From: Candidatus Pacearchaeota archaeon
GTDB taxonomy: Archaea; Nanobdellota; Nanobdellia; Pacearchaeales; GW2011-AR1
Assembly: GCA_026414385.1 (NCBI GenBank)
Contig: JAOAJC010000007.1
Location: 1-27,108 of the forward strand
Reading direction: 5' to 3'
DNA length: 27,108 nt
This document shows, in pieces, positions 7,047 to 15,216 of the stretch. How positions within the stretch are numbered: the stretch's first letter is position 1; each line of letters begins with the position of its first letter. Made by a program: the position numbers and the translations under genes. The notes under the pieces are model-generated. The model ran no database searches. It saw nothing but the letters and a program-made list of their open reading frames with translations, and was not told the origin of the DNA.

Positions 7047-7649
7047 ATGCGAGAATTTGTTTATTATTCAAGAACAGCGCCAACATCAGGGAGTTATATC
7101 AAAGAAGATTTGCAAGAATCGGGGCGAATAGATATTGCAATCCACACAGTTATAGCAACATTTTTTCTTAGTCACAAGATACGAACAGATGCAAAGTTAC
7201 ATCTAATTTTTGCAGGTCCGCCAACCCCGCCAAGGCATTTAGAAATGAAACCAGTAACAGAAGGTAAGACAGGTATAGATAAAATCTATCTCGCAAAGAA
7301 AGATGTCTCTTCAATTATCAAAAAAATGCTCTATAAATATAAAGAAGGAGAAAAAAAAGAAGTTTTCCCTGGTTTTTGGATAGAAAAAAAAGGACTTTTG
7401 GAGCTCGCAGAGGAATTATACAAAAATAAAAAAAATCTGTATATTCTTGATCCAGATGGAGAAGATATTAGGAAAGCTGAAATAAAAGAGAATCCTGTTT
7501 TTATTTTGGGTGATCATAAGGGATTGCCTCAAAAAGAATTCAAAAGATTAAAAGAGATATCTCATCCAATATCAATCGGAAAAAAAGTTTATTTTGCTTC
7601 CCACACAGTTGCAATTGTGAATAATGAATTGGACAGAAGAGAGATTTAA
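7047..7649 (+). CDS. trmY: tRNA (pseudouridine54-N1)-methyltransferase TrmY (SPOUT, DUF358)
   Basis: 200 aa. MREFVYYSRTAPTSG......DLQESGRIDIAIHTVIATFFLSHKIRTDAKLHLIFAGPPTPPRHLE matches the TrmY pattern (MR.Fi......a.t...f...dl.g.GR.D...R.i..al..S..iR.d). The C-terminal LGDHKG...E motif is present. Confidence 0.75.
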   Translation: MREFVYYSRTAPTSGSYIKEDLQESGRIDIAIHTVIATFFLSHKIRTDAKLHLIFAGPPTPPRHLEMKPVTEGKTGIDKIYLAKKDVSSIIKKMLYKYKEGEKKEVFPGFWIEKKGLLELAEELYKNKKNLYILDPDGEDIRKAEIKENPVFILGDHKGLPQKEFKRLKEISHPISIGKKVYFASHTVAIVNNELDRREI

Positions 7650-7714
7650 TGTCAATTAGTTTAATTATTATCTATCATAATAATAATTAAAAACTCAAAT
7701 TTTTCTAAATTAAA

Positions 7715-8500
7715 ATGGCAAAAGGCATTTCAATTAAATTTCAATCATATCAAACGACAATACCAAAACTTCTTGATTTAATCGGTTTGGGAAAAGAATT
7801 AAAAAAACACTCAAAAATAATCTTAAAGCCATATATTCAGCCAATTTTAGAACAAAATACCGAAAAAAACAAATTAAATTTGGAATTTGTTGAATCACTT
7901 TTACAATATTGCATAAAAAATAAAAATCCTGTCGCAGAAGTTTTCATAGCAGAAGGCGCTGATGGTTCTGATAGCATGGAACTTTTTAATCAACAAGGTT
8001 ATTCAAAGCTTGCAGAACAATATTCTATAGGTTTGATAGATTTAAACTCCACAGAGGTTGAGGAAGTTTTTAACAATAAATTCTTAAAGTTTCCACAAAT
8101 AATCTATCCAAAAGTTTTAAGGGAATCTTTCGTCATTTCACTTGCGAATTTATCTTCAAGCGAAGAACTTGGGATAAAAGGTTCTTTACCAAACATGTTG
8201 GGCGCATTTCCGCTACCTTATTATAAAGGTTTTTTCTCAAAAACAAAAAAAAGAATAAGGCAATTTCCTCTCAAATACGCAATTCATGACATCCTTCTTT
8301 GCAAAATGCCTGATTTCGCTTTAATTGATGCATCTGAAAAAGGAGTTATGCTCGCAGGCATACCTCTTGAAATTGATAAACAAGCTTCAAAATTACTTGG
8401 CATAGAATGGAAAAATGTTCCTTATCTAAGATTAATTGAAGAAAATATAGAACGGTTTGAGCCAAAAAAAGAAAAAGATGATAATCTAACTCAGTTTTAA
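7715..8500 (+). CDS. DUF362-like protein (hypothetical)
   Basis: 261 aa. An N-terminal layout resembling ISIK..SY......LLDLIG.......HSKIILKPYI, followed by an AEGADGS block, resembles the DUF362 pattern (vlIKPNl ... iaEg). Weak assignment made by eye. Confidence 0.45.
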   Translation: MAKGISIKFQSYQTTIPKLLDLIGLGKELKKHSKIILKPYIQPILEQNTEKNKLNLEFVESLLQYCIKNKNPVAEVFIAEGADGSDSMELFNQQGYSKLAEQYSIGLIDLNSTEVEEVFNNKFLKFPQIIYPKVLRESFVISLANLSSSEELGIKGSLPNMLGAFPLPYYKGFFSKTKKRIRQFPLKYAIHDILLCKMPDFALIDASEKGVMLAGIPLEIDKQASKLLGIEWKNVPYLRLIEENIERFEPKKEKDDNLTQF

Positions 8501-8587
8501 AAGTTAAAAAATTCAAAGATTATCAAACAACAAATTTATGTAAATCAAAACGACAAAATATATTAATCAAAATATTATTTTAAAAAC

Positions 8588-8875
8588 ATGAGGAAAGCAT
8601 TAAAAATTCAAATTACTGGCCCAATCCAACCTTTATTCTTCAAGAGATTTATTAAAGATAAAGCTGATAAGTTAAACATTAGGGGCTTTGTTAGAGAATT
8701 GCCAACAATCGGAATTGATAAAAAAATAGAAATTTTCATAGAGGGGGATGAACCAGATGTTAATACAATGGCAGAGATATGCAAAATCGGGCCAAGTCAA
8801 TCAACTATGCGAAAAATAGAAGAAAAAATAGAACAATTTCAAAACTTTCTTGATTTCAAAATCCTTGCAAACTAA
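8588..8875 (+). CDS. Acylphosphatase-like fold protein with a degenerate active-site loop
   Basis: 95 aa. The spacing LKIQITGPIQPLFFKRFIKDKADKLNIRGFVREL...KIEIFIEGDEPDVNTMAEICKIGP parallels acylphosphatase (V.G.VQGVgFR.....A..lgl.GwV.N..dG.Ve....G....v..f......gP). The VQGV.FR loop and the catalytic Asn are not conserved. Confidence 0.4.
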   Translation: MRKALKIQITGPIQPLFFKRFIKDKADKLNIRGFVRELPTIGIDKKIEIFIEGDEPDVNTMAEICKIGPSQSTMRKIEEKIEQFQNFLDFKILAN

Positions 8876-8926
8876 GGTTTTAAGCCATATCTAAAGGTTT
8901 TTAAACATCTTTAATTTTTAACAATT

Positions 8927-10432
8927 ATGTCAAGACAAGAAGAAATTAAAAAAGAGAGGTTAAAAAAAATCTCGGAACTTAAAAAACTAAACATAAATCC
9001 ATATCCTTATTCTTTTGATGTAAAAAATATCGCAATTGAATTGCATAATAAATACTCAAAATTAAAAAATAACGAAAAATCAAAAGATTCTGCAAAAATT
9101 GCAGGGAGGATATTAACAATAAGAGATATAGGAAAGATAATTTTTGCAGTTCTTCAAGACAGTTCTGGAAAAATCCAACTGGTTTTTCAAGATAATGAAA
9201 CCCCGGAAAAAACAAAAGAATTTTTTAAAAACTATATTGATTCGGGAGATTTTATTGGTGCAGAAGGAATTATTTTAAGAACAAAAACCGGCGAACTCTC
9301 AATTCTCGTTAAAAAAATAGAACTATTGTCAAAATCTCTATTGCCTTTGCCAGATAAATGGCACGGTTTAGAAGATAAGGAAGAAAGATATAGAAAAAGA
9401 TATCTTGATTTAATTATGAATCCTTCTGTTAAGGATGTTTTTGTTAAAAGGGAAAAAATTATTGATTCAATAAGAGAGTTATTAAAATCAAAAGGTTTTA
9501 TTGAAGTGGAAACCCCATATTTACAAACTATCTATGGTGGAGCAGAGGCCCGTCCATTCAAAACTCACTTGAATGCTCTTGATATTGATTTATTTTTAGC
9601 AATCTCTCCCGAATTGTATTTAAAGAGATTGGTTGTCGGAGGCATCGATAAAGTATTTACAATAGCAAGGAATTTTAGGAATGAGGGAATAGATAAATGG
9701 CATAATCCGGAATTTACTATGATGGAAATTTATCAGGCTTATGCTGATTACAATGACATGATGTCCTTGTTTGAAGAGATTTATGAAAACGCATGCAAGA
9801 AAGTTTTTGGAACAACAAAAATCAAACACGGAGAGATAATTTTAGATTTTAAAACTCCTTGGAGAAGAATGACAATGGCAGAGGCAATTAAGAAATATGC
9901 AAAAATAGATGTTTTAAAAATGTCGTCGGAACAATTGCTTGAGTTTGTAGAAAAAAATGGTGTTGAATACAAAGATGCAAGTTGGGGTTTGCTAGTTCAA
10001 TCAATCTTTGAACATTTCTGTGAGAAGGAAATAATACAACCGACATTCATAACAGATCATCCAAAAGAAACAACTCCTTTATGCAAAGTGCATAGAAAAG
10101 ATTCTCGGTTAATAGAGAGATTTGAACCATTCTGTTTGGGTGTAGAAATGGGTAATGCATATTCTGAACTAAATGACCCTGTCTTGCAAAAAACCTTGCT
10201 TCAAGAACAACAAGAAAAATTATCAAGAGGAAAAGAAGAAGCTCACCCATATGATGAGGACTTTGTAACCTCACTTGAATATGGGATGCCGCCAACCGGT
10301 GGTTTAGGTTTAGGTATTGATAGAATGGTTATTTTATTAACCTCTCAACCATCAATAAGGGATGTTATATTATTCCCATTTATGAAACCAGAATCTATTT
10401 CAAATTCAAATAAAACCAAAAAGGAGGTGTAA
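8927..10432 (+). CDS. lysS: Lysine--tRNA ligase, class II
   Basis: 501 aa. It has an N-terminal OB anticodon-binding domain (GRILTIRDIGKIIFAVLQDSSGKIQLV) and class II motifs: motif 1 FIEVETP, motif 2 FTIARNFRNEG.D..HNPEFTMMEIY, and motif 3 PPTGGLGLGIDRMVILLT. Confidence 0.95.
   Translation: MSRQEEIKKERLKKISELKKLNINPYPYSFDVKNIAIELHNKYSKLKNNEKSKDSAKIAGRILTIRDIGKIIFAVLQDSSGKIQLVFQDNETPEKTKEFFKNYIDSGDFIGAEGIILRTKTGELSILVKKIELLSKSLLPLPDKWHGLEDKEERYRKRYLDLIMNPSVKDVFVKREKIIDSIRELLKSKGFIEVETPYLQTIYGGAEARPFKTHLNALDIDLFLAISPELYLKRLVVGGIDKVFTIARNFRNEGIDKWHNPEFTMMEIYQAYADYNDMMSLFEEIYENACKKVFGTTKIKHGEIILDFKTPWRRMTMAEAIKKYAKIDVLKMSSEQLLEFVEKNGVEYKDASWGLLVQSIFEHFCEKEIIQPTFITDHPKETTPLCKVHRKDSRLIERFEPFCLGVEMGNAYSELNDPVLQKTLLQEQQEKLSRGKEEAHPYDEDFVTSLEYGMPPTGGLGLGIDRMVILLTSQPSIRDVILFPFMKPESISNSNKTKKEV
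10423..10429 (+). promoter_or_regulatory. Shine-Dalgarno site (GGAGGTG) for the downstream small ORF
   Basis: GGAGGTG lies 5 nt upstream of the ATG at 10435 and is complementary to the canonical 16S 3' end CCUCC. Confidence 0.5.
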
Positions 10433-10434
10433 AA

Positions 10435-10605
10435 ATGGGAGATGATTTAGTAGTCAAAAGCAAGATAAAGGAAGCTGTCAAGGACTTAAATGTGGCGAGC
10501 GATGTCCCAGAAGCGCTAAACAAAAAGCTTCTTCAAATCTTGAAGGAAGGAGTAGAAAGAGCAAAAGCAAACGGCAGAAGAACATTACAAGCAAGAGACA
10601 TTTAA
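10435..10605 (+). CDS. Small histone-fold-like protein (DUF1931-like)
   Basis: Hand-translated 56-aa ORF, below the track cutoff: MGDDLVVKSKIKEAVKDLNVASDVPEALNKKLLQILKEGVERAKANGRRTLQARDI. The LVVKSK.KE...N.a.D....L......l....eRA.aNGRkT...RD pattern matches single histone-fold DUF1931 proteins as I recall them. A strong SD precedes it. Confidence 0.55.
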   Translation: MGDDLVVKSKIKEAVKDLNVASDVPEALNKKLLQILKEGVERAKANGRRTLQARDI

Positions 10606-10639
10606 AAAAATATAAAAGCTTCGTTTATTTTTTATTTTT

Positions 10640-11482
10640 ATGAAAACCCATTATTTTATATTTGTTATACTTGCGTCTTTTTCATTAATTTTTTTAATTA
10701 GTTCTGTATCTGCTTCTTATTATTCAATAGAATTTAACCAAATAGAAAATAAAGTTTTGGTAACACATAATATTGATTTTGACGAAGAACAATCAATTAT
10801 TTTTCAGTTACCTTCTGATTTCTCATCTCTTTCTATCTCCAAACCATACTCTCTAACTAACAACGAATTATCTTTTAGAGAAAAAGATATTAAAATAAGT
10901 TATATAACCAAAAGCTTAATAGAACCCTCTTCAAAAGGACATTATTTTATTACAAAAATTCCTTTTTTATTTAATTTTGATAAATTAACAATTAAACTTA
11001 TTCTTAGCGAAGGACATTTTGTCTCCGAAAATAAAATTTTTCCAAAACCTTCTTCTATTGAAACAGATGGAAAACAAATTATTATCATCTGGAATGTCAC
11101 CAATGTAAGCAAAGATTTTGATTTTCCTATTTTTGTTTCAATTGAATCTAAAAATTCAATTATTATTTGGATAGTATATGTTTTGTTTTTTGTGATTATC
11201 TGTCTTGTTATTTATTTTGTTTATGACAAATATCTTAAAAAAACAAAGAAAGAAAAAAAATCGATACAAAAGGAAGACATAGAAAAATACCTTATGGATA
11301 GCGAAAAAGTAATTTTAAATGCATTAAAACAAGCAGATAGAGGCGAACTCTGGCAAAAACAACTACAATTACAAACAGGATTTTCAAAAGCAAAATTGAG
11401 CCGGATAATAAGAAATCTTGAAGCGAGAAACCTCATAGACAAAATTCCTTTCGGCAACACTAACAAAATAAGACTCAAATAA
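10640..11482 (+). CDS. Membrane-tethered winged-helix (MarR/ArsR-like) protein with an extracytoplasmic N-terminal domain
   Basis: 280 aa. Signal peptide MKTHYFIFVILASFSLIFLISSVSA, then a ~150-aa external domain. TM helix IIIWIVYVLFFVIICLVIYFVY is followed by a basic stretch. The C-terminal wHTH reads EKVILNALKQADRGELWQKQLQLQTGFSKAKLSRIIRNLEARNLIDKIPFGNTNKIRL. Confidence 0.65.
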   Translation: MKTHYFIFVILASFSLIFLISSVSASYYSIEFNQIENKVLVTHNIDFDEEQSIIFQLPSDFSSLSISKPYSLTNNELSFREKDIKISYITKSLIEPSSKGHYFITKIPFLFNFDKLTIKLILSEGHFVSENKIFPKPSSIETDGKQIIIIWNVTNVSKDFDFPIFVSIESKNSIIIWIVYVLFFVIICLVIYFVYDKYLKKTKKEKKSIQKEDIEKYLMDSEKVILNALKQADRGELWQKQLQLQTGFSKAKLSRIIRNLEARNLIDKIPFGNTNKIRLK

Positions 11483-11603
11483 TATTCTAATTTAATTTTA
11501 TTAAATAAATTTTTAATTAAAGTGTTTGTTTCATCTTGTTTCAAGGATATTTTAAATATTGATTTTCATTAGAAAAATTATGAAAAAAACAATAAAACTG
11601 AAA

Positions 11604-11609
11604 GGAGGT
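11604..11609 (+). promoter_or_regulatory. Shine-Dalgarno site (GGAGGT)
   Basis: GGAGGT lies 8 nt upstream of the ATG at 11618. Confidence 0.5.
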
Positions 11610-11617
11610 AATGCAAA

Positions 11618-12754
11618 ATGAAAAACTACGCAATAATAGCATTTGCTCTTGTTTCACTATTAGCGTTTTCAGCATTTGCTCTTGCAGAAGAAGCAGTTGT
11701 TTCTACAGAAGCGACTCAAGAAGAAGCAGAAATTTCAGCAGAGCCAGGAATAACTCCTGATTCAGCTTTTTATGGCTTGAAGCTTGGTTGGGAAAAACTT
11801 GGAGTGGCTTTCACCTTCAATCAGGAAAAGAAAGCCCAAAAAGAGCTCGCTCTTGCTAAAAAAAGATTAATGGAAATGAGAAAAATGGCTGAAAAAGGTA
11901 ATGTAAAAGCAATGGAAAGAGCTCAACAAAAACATGATGCCCTTATAGAAAATGCTCAAGCAAGATTAGCACTTATTCAAGAAGACACAACAGAGACAAA
12001 AGCAAAACTTGCTGCAGAAAAAGTCATTGGCATAGAAAGAGCATTAAAAGCACATCAAAATAGGATAGAGGTTTTGCAAGATATTCTTGCTGAAAAAAAT
12101 CTTTCTGATGAAGCAAGAACCGCTATAGAATCAGCCATAGAAAGAATGGAAAACCGAACAAAGGTTATGGAACAAAAACTTGAGGAGAGAAAAGAGCGTG
12201 TTAAAACAAGATTAAGGGCAATAACCGAAAAATCAGAACAAGAAATAAATGCAGAATTTGAAAAGATTGAAAACTCTTCCGGCTATACAGAAGCTCTAAA
12301 GAAAATAGCTGAAAAAAGAATTCAAAAAACAGAACAAGCCATTGAAAGAGTTAAATCAAGAATCTCTGAGGAAGAAGCTAATGGAATTAATCTCTCTGCT
12401 GCAAAAACCCATGTTGAGATAGCCGAACAAAATTTAGAGAAAGCAAAATCTCTCTATCAAGAAGGCAAATATAAAGAAGCAATAGCAACAATAAAACCAG
12501 TTTCCAACTATGGAAGAAATCTTAATATTGTTGTTAAGGCAATGCACAGAGCAAGGATGGAAGGCAAAAATCCGTCAGAAATCTCTGAAATAGAAAAAAC
12601 ACAGATAAGGGAAAGAGTGCAGGAGAGAATAAAAGAAATGCAAAATCTTTCTCCAGCTGCTAAACAGGAAATTAAATCAGCGATAAGGGAAAAAGTTCAA
12701 GAGCAAATCCAAGAGAGAGCCAAACAAAGCATTAAATCTCTTAAGTCCAAATAA
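11618..12754 (+). CDS. Secreted coiled-coil protein (DUF5667-like N-terminal region)
   Basis: 378 aa. Signal peptide MKNYAIIAFALVSLLAFSAFALA. PGITPDSAFYGLKLGWEKL resembles the DUF5667 signature (PGs.lY.lK...E.v). The rest is heptad-like and E/K/A/R-rich. Confidence 0.6.
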   Translation: MKNYAIIAFALVSLLAFSAFALAEEAVVSTEATQEEAEISAEPGITPDSAFYGLKLGWEKLGVAFTFNQEKKAQKELALAKKRLMEMRKMAEKGNVKAMERAQQKHDALIENAQARLALIQEDTTETKAKLAAEKVIGIERALKAHQNRIEVLQDILAEKNLSDEARTAIESAIERMENRTKVMEQKLEERKERVKTRLRAITEKSEQEINAEFEKIENSSGYTEALKKIAEKRIQKTEQAIERVKSRISEEEANGINLSAAKTHVEIAEQNLEKAKSLYQEGKYKEAIATIKPVSNYGRNLNIVVKAMHRARMEGKNPSEISEIEKTQIRERVQERIKEMQNLSPAAKQEIKSAIREKVQEQIQERAKQSIKSLKSK

Positions 12755-12758
12755 ACTC

Positions 12759-12779
12759 TTTTTTTCTTTTTTTATTTTT
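12759..12779 (+). terminator. Oligo-T tract (candidate archaeal intrinsic terminator)
   Basis: CTTTTTTTCTTTTTTTATTTTT begins 5 nt after the stop codon at 12752-12754. Archaeal RNAP terminates at oligo-T runs. Confidence 0.35.
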
Positions 12780-12889
12780 ATAAATTAAAATCCTCTTAAT
12801 AACGCTAAACACTGAATTTCTTTATTAAAACTTGCCAGACACAATGATTTTAAATATTGTTTAATACTAATTGCCATAAAAAGAGAAAA

Positions 12890-13282
12890 ATGTCAAACAA
12901 AGCAAAAGGCTCAAAAGTAGAGAGGGAATTATTAGATTTACTTACAGAAAACGGATGGAGGGCTGTAAGAACTGCTGGTTCTGGAGTTAATGATAACTCT
13001 CCTTGCGATATAATAACTGCAAAATTGGGAAAGAAAGGTTTTGCAATAGAAGTAAAATCGTCAAAGAAAAATGCAATTTACATAACAAAAGAACAAATAG
13101 AAGATTTTGTTTTGTTTGCGAATATTATTGGATTAAAACCTGCGATAGCATTAAGATTTAACTATGAAGGTTGGATTTTTATCTCACCAGAACAACTAAA
13201 AGACACCGGAAAATATTTAGCAATAAGCAAAGATATTGCAAAATTGGAAGGCAAAAGATTCAGCCAATTCTTTGAGGAATAA
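12890..13282 (+). CDS. hjc: Holliday junction resolvase Hjc
   Basis: KGSKVERELLDLLTENGWRAVRTAGSG......DIITAK.GKKGFAIEVKSSKK..IYITKEQIEDF matches the Hjc nuclease core (kGs.fEReL...L...Gf.vvRsAGS...DlvA.......aIEvKs). I prefer the ATG at 12890 (MSNKAKGSK, 130 aa) to the TTG at 12857 used in the ORF track. Confidence 0.85.
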   Translation: MSNKAKGSKVERELLDLLTENGWRAVRTAGSGVNDNSPCDIITAKLGKKGFAIEVKSSKKNAIYITKEQIEDFVLFANIIGLKPAIALRFNYEGWIFISPEQLKDTGKYLAISKDIAKLEGKRFSQFFEE

Positions 13283-13336
13283 GTGCCTCATTTATATTCA
13301 TCGAAAAGTATATAAGCTTTGATAATATATACGTAT

Positions 13337-13447
13337 ATGGAAGAATTCCAAAAATTTATAGAGAGGATTCCGGAGAAAACACTTCATAGAGTTAAGGAAC
13401 TCTTCGAAAAGAAAGAAAATAGTATGCCAAATCTTCCATATGATTAA
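13337..13447 (+). CDS. 36-aa ORF directly upstream of the radical SAM gene (candidate precursor peptide; hypothetical)
   Basis: Hand-translated: MEEFQKFIERIPEKTLHRVKELFEKKENSMPNLPYD. Its TAA ends 2 nt before the ATG of the rSAM gene. A TATA-like GTATATAA lies ~30 nt upstream. No homology recognised, so calling it coding is tentative. Confidence 0.35.
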   Translation: MEEFQKFIERIPEKTLHRVKELFEKKENSMPNLPYD

Positions 13448-13449
13448 TT

Positions 13450-15135
13450 ATGGTTGATCATTCCCTTTTTGAACCTATTTCTGTAATTTGGCATATTAAT
13501 AATGTTTGTAATTCTACATGCAAATATTGTTTTACAAATGCTCAATATAGCAATACGTTTATAAGTAATAATTGCTGGCAAGAAATTGTTAAAAGAATTA
13601 ATGAGGAAAAAAGTATAAAAAGAGTTTCTATCATAGGTGGAGAGCCGTTATTAAGTTTAGATTTGCCTAGAATTCTAAATCATTTAAGAAAAGATATAAT
13701 AATAAATATAGATTCAAATTTAACAAAAATTAAAGAAATATGGAATTCTTCATTTAAAAAAGCTTACTTTTGCACAACTATAGATAGTATTATAGAAGAT
13801 ATTCATCTTAAAACTAGAGGACACTCTTCTAAAAAAACAATCGAAGGAATAAAATTCTTAATCAATAAAGGTATAAAAGTGATGGTAGTAATTGTAGTTA
13901 ATAAGTATAATATTGACTCATTAGAAAATACTATTAGATATTTAATTTCAATTGGCGTTGACAAAATAGGCATAAGCAGAACAAGAATGAGTGGAAGAGC
14001 ACTTAAAGTCGGCTATGATTATTTTTACCCTCAAAGTATTAAAGATTTTAAAAATAATACGTTCTCTATATTACAAAAATTAATAAATGAATATGGTAAA
14101 GATAAATTCATAATTTATAATCTTTGGCATGATTCTAAATTCTTTGATTTAGGGTATACTTATGAACCCAGTTGTAAATGTGCTCTCTTTCGTTTATGTA
14201 TAGATTGGGATGGTTTTGCTTATCCATGTGAACTTATGCCTTTTTATTGGGATCTTTTCAAAGAAGCATACGCTTTAGAAAGGCCGAATGTCAAAGAATC
14301 TTCAATAAAAAATATTTTTGATGACTCCAAGCTTTTTAAATTTTTTAGAAATAAAATGTTGTTTTATCCAGTTGGTTGCGAAAATTGCAAATATAAAGAA
14401 AAATGCAATCATGGGTGTCGTTTTTATTCTTTTTTAATTTCAGGTAATCTTTTGGCAAAAGATGTGGTATGTAGGGCAGATTGTCTCTATGATGTCATAG
14501 GTTATAAATATTATTCGCCTCTTTTCAAAGAAGGAAAGGAAAGAATTAACAATAAAATAGCAAAATATCTAAACAAAAATAATAATTTTTTAGGGGAAAA
14601 AATATATGATTTAGGATGTGGAGGCGGAGTATGGACATTTTATTTAGAAGGATTAGGAAAAAAAGTAATAGGTATCGATATAAACAAAACTATGATTCTA
14701 ATGGCTCAAGAATTTAAAGACATATATGATAAAAAATCCAGTTTTATATGGGGTGATGTTTTAAAATATAATTTTGATAAGGCAGACTCTGCGCTTCTTC
14801 TTGATAATATCATTTCCAATTTCAGCAAGAAAGAACTAGAACAATTAATAAATAAACTAAAAGACAAAATTAAGGCATTAATTATCGAATTTTCTGAAAG
14901 CAAATATAAAAATGAAACATATAATTATAAATTCAATGGATTTGATATCTTTGAAAAAATAGAAAAATATAAGGGTAAATTAAAAAGATTATTTAAAAAT
15001 AAACAGACTGGGGCAGAATTTGAGATTTATACTTATCCCTGGTCAAAGGAAGAACTTATTAATTTATTAAAAAAATATGGGAATATATCTGAAGAAAATA
15101 TAGGGAATTCAATTGTAATTAAATTAAGCTTTTAA
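13450..15135 (+). CDS. Radical SAM / SPASM-domain enzyme fused to a C-terminal class I SAM-dependent methyltransferase
   Basis: 561 aa. CX3CX2C (CNSTCKYC, aa 20-27) and GGEPLL (aa 63-68). SPASM cysteines: CKCALFRLC, GFAYPC (GX4C), CENCKYKEKCNHGC (CX2CX5CX3C), CRADC (aa 242-345). Methyltransferase motif I is KIYDLGCGGGVW and an acidic post-I motif is VIGIDIN (aa 384-411). Confidence 0.9.
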   Translation: MVDHSLFEPISVIWHINNVCNSTCKYCFTNAQYSNTFISNNCWQEIVKRINEEKSIKRVSIIGGEPLLSLDLPRILNHLRKDIIINIDSNLTKIKEIWNSSFKKAYFCTTIDSIIEDIHLKTRGHSSKKTIEGIKFLINKGIKVMVVIVVNKYNIDSLENTIRYLISIGVDKIGISRTRMSGRALKVGYDYFYPQSIKDFKNNTFSILQKLINEYGKDKFIIYNLWHDSKFFDLGYTYEPSCKCALFRLCIDWDGFAYPCELMPFYWDLFKEAYALERPNVKESSIKNIFDDSKLFKFFRNKMLFYPVGCENCKYKEKCNHGCRFYSFLISGNLLAKDVVCRADCLYDVIGYKYYSPLFKEGKERINNKIAKYLNKNNNFLGEKIYDLGCGGGVWTFYLEGLGKKVIGIDINKTMILMAQEFKDIYDKKSSFIWGDVLKYNFDKADSALLLDNIISNFSKKELEQLINKLKDKIKALIIEFSESKYKNETYNYKFNGFDIFEKIEKYKGKLKRLFKNKQTGAEFEIYTYPWSKEELINLLKKYGNISEENIGNSIVIKLSF

Positions 15136-15216
15136 ATAATAAAGATTGGATATTTATGTTAACTTTAAAGTAGTCAAAATAAAAATATTTAAAAATTCAA
15201 GAATGTCTTCAAAAAG

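Noticed and set aside
6829-7171. ORFs 6829..7032 (minus strand) and 6950..7171 (plus strand)
   Set aside because: They overlap cbf5 and trmY in the wrong frames, and their translations are low-complexity.
8979-10295. Four minus-strand ORFs (8979..9215, 9620..9829, 9781..9972, 10047..10295)
   Set aside because: All are antisense to lysS, whose class II motifs are unambiguous.
8927-10432. Class II rather than class I LysRS in an archaeon as a possible horizontal-transfer signal
   Set aside because: Class II LysRS occurs in several archaeal lineages. Composition and context here look native, and phylogenetics would be needed to say more.
11221-11544. Minus-strand 107-aa ORF
   Set aside because: It is antisense to the wHTH-encoding 3' end of 10640..11482.
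14706-14903. Minus-strand 65-aa ORF
   Set aside because: It is antisense to the methyltransferase domain of the rSAM fusion gene.
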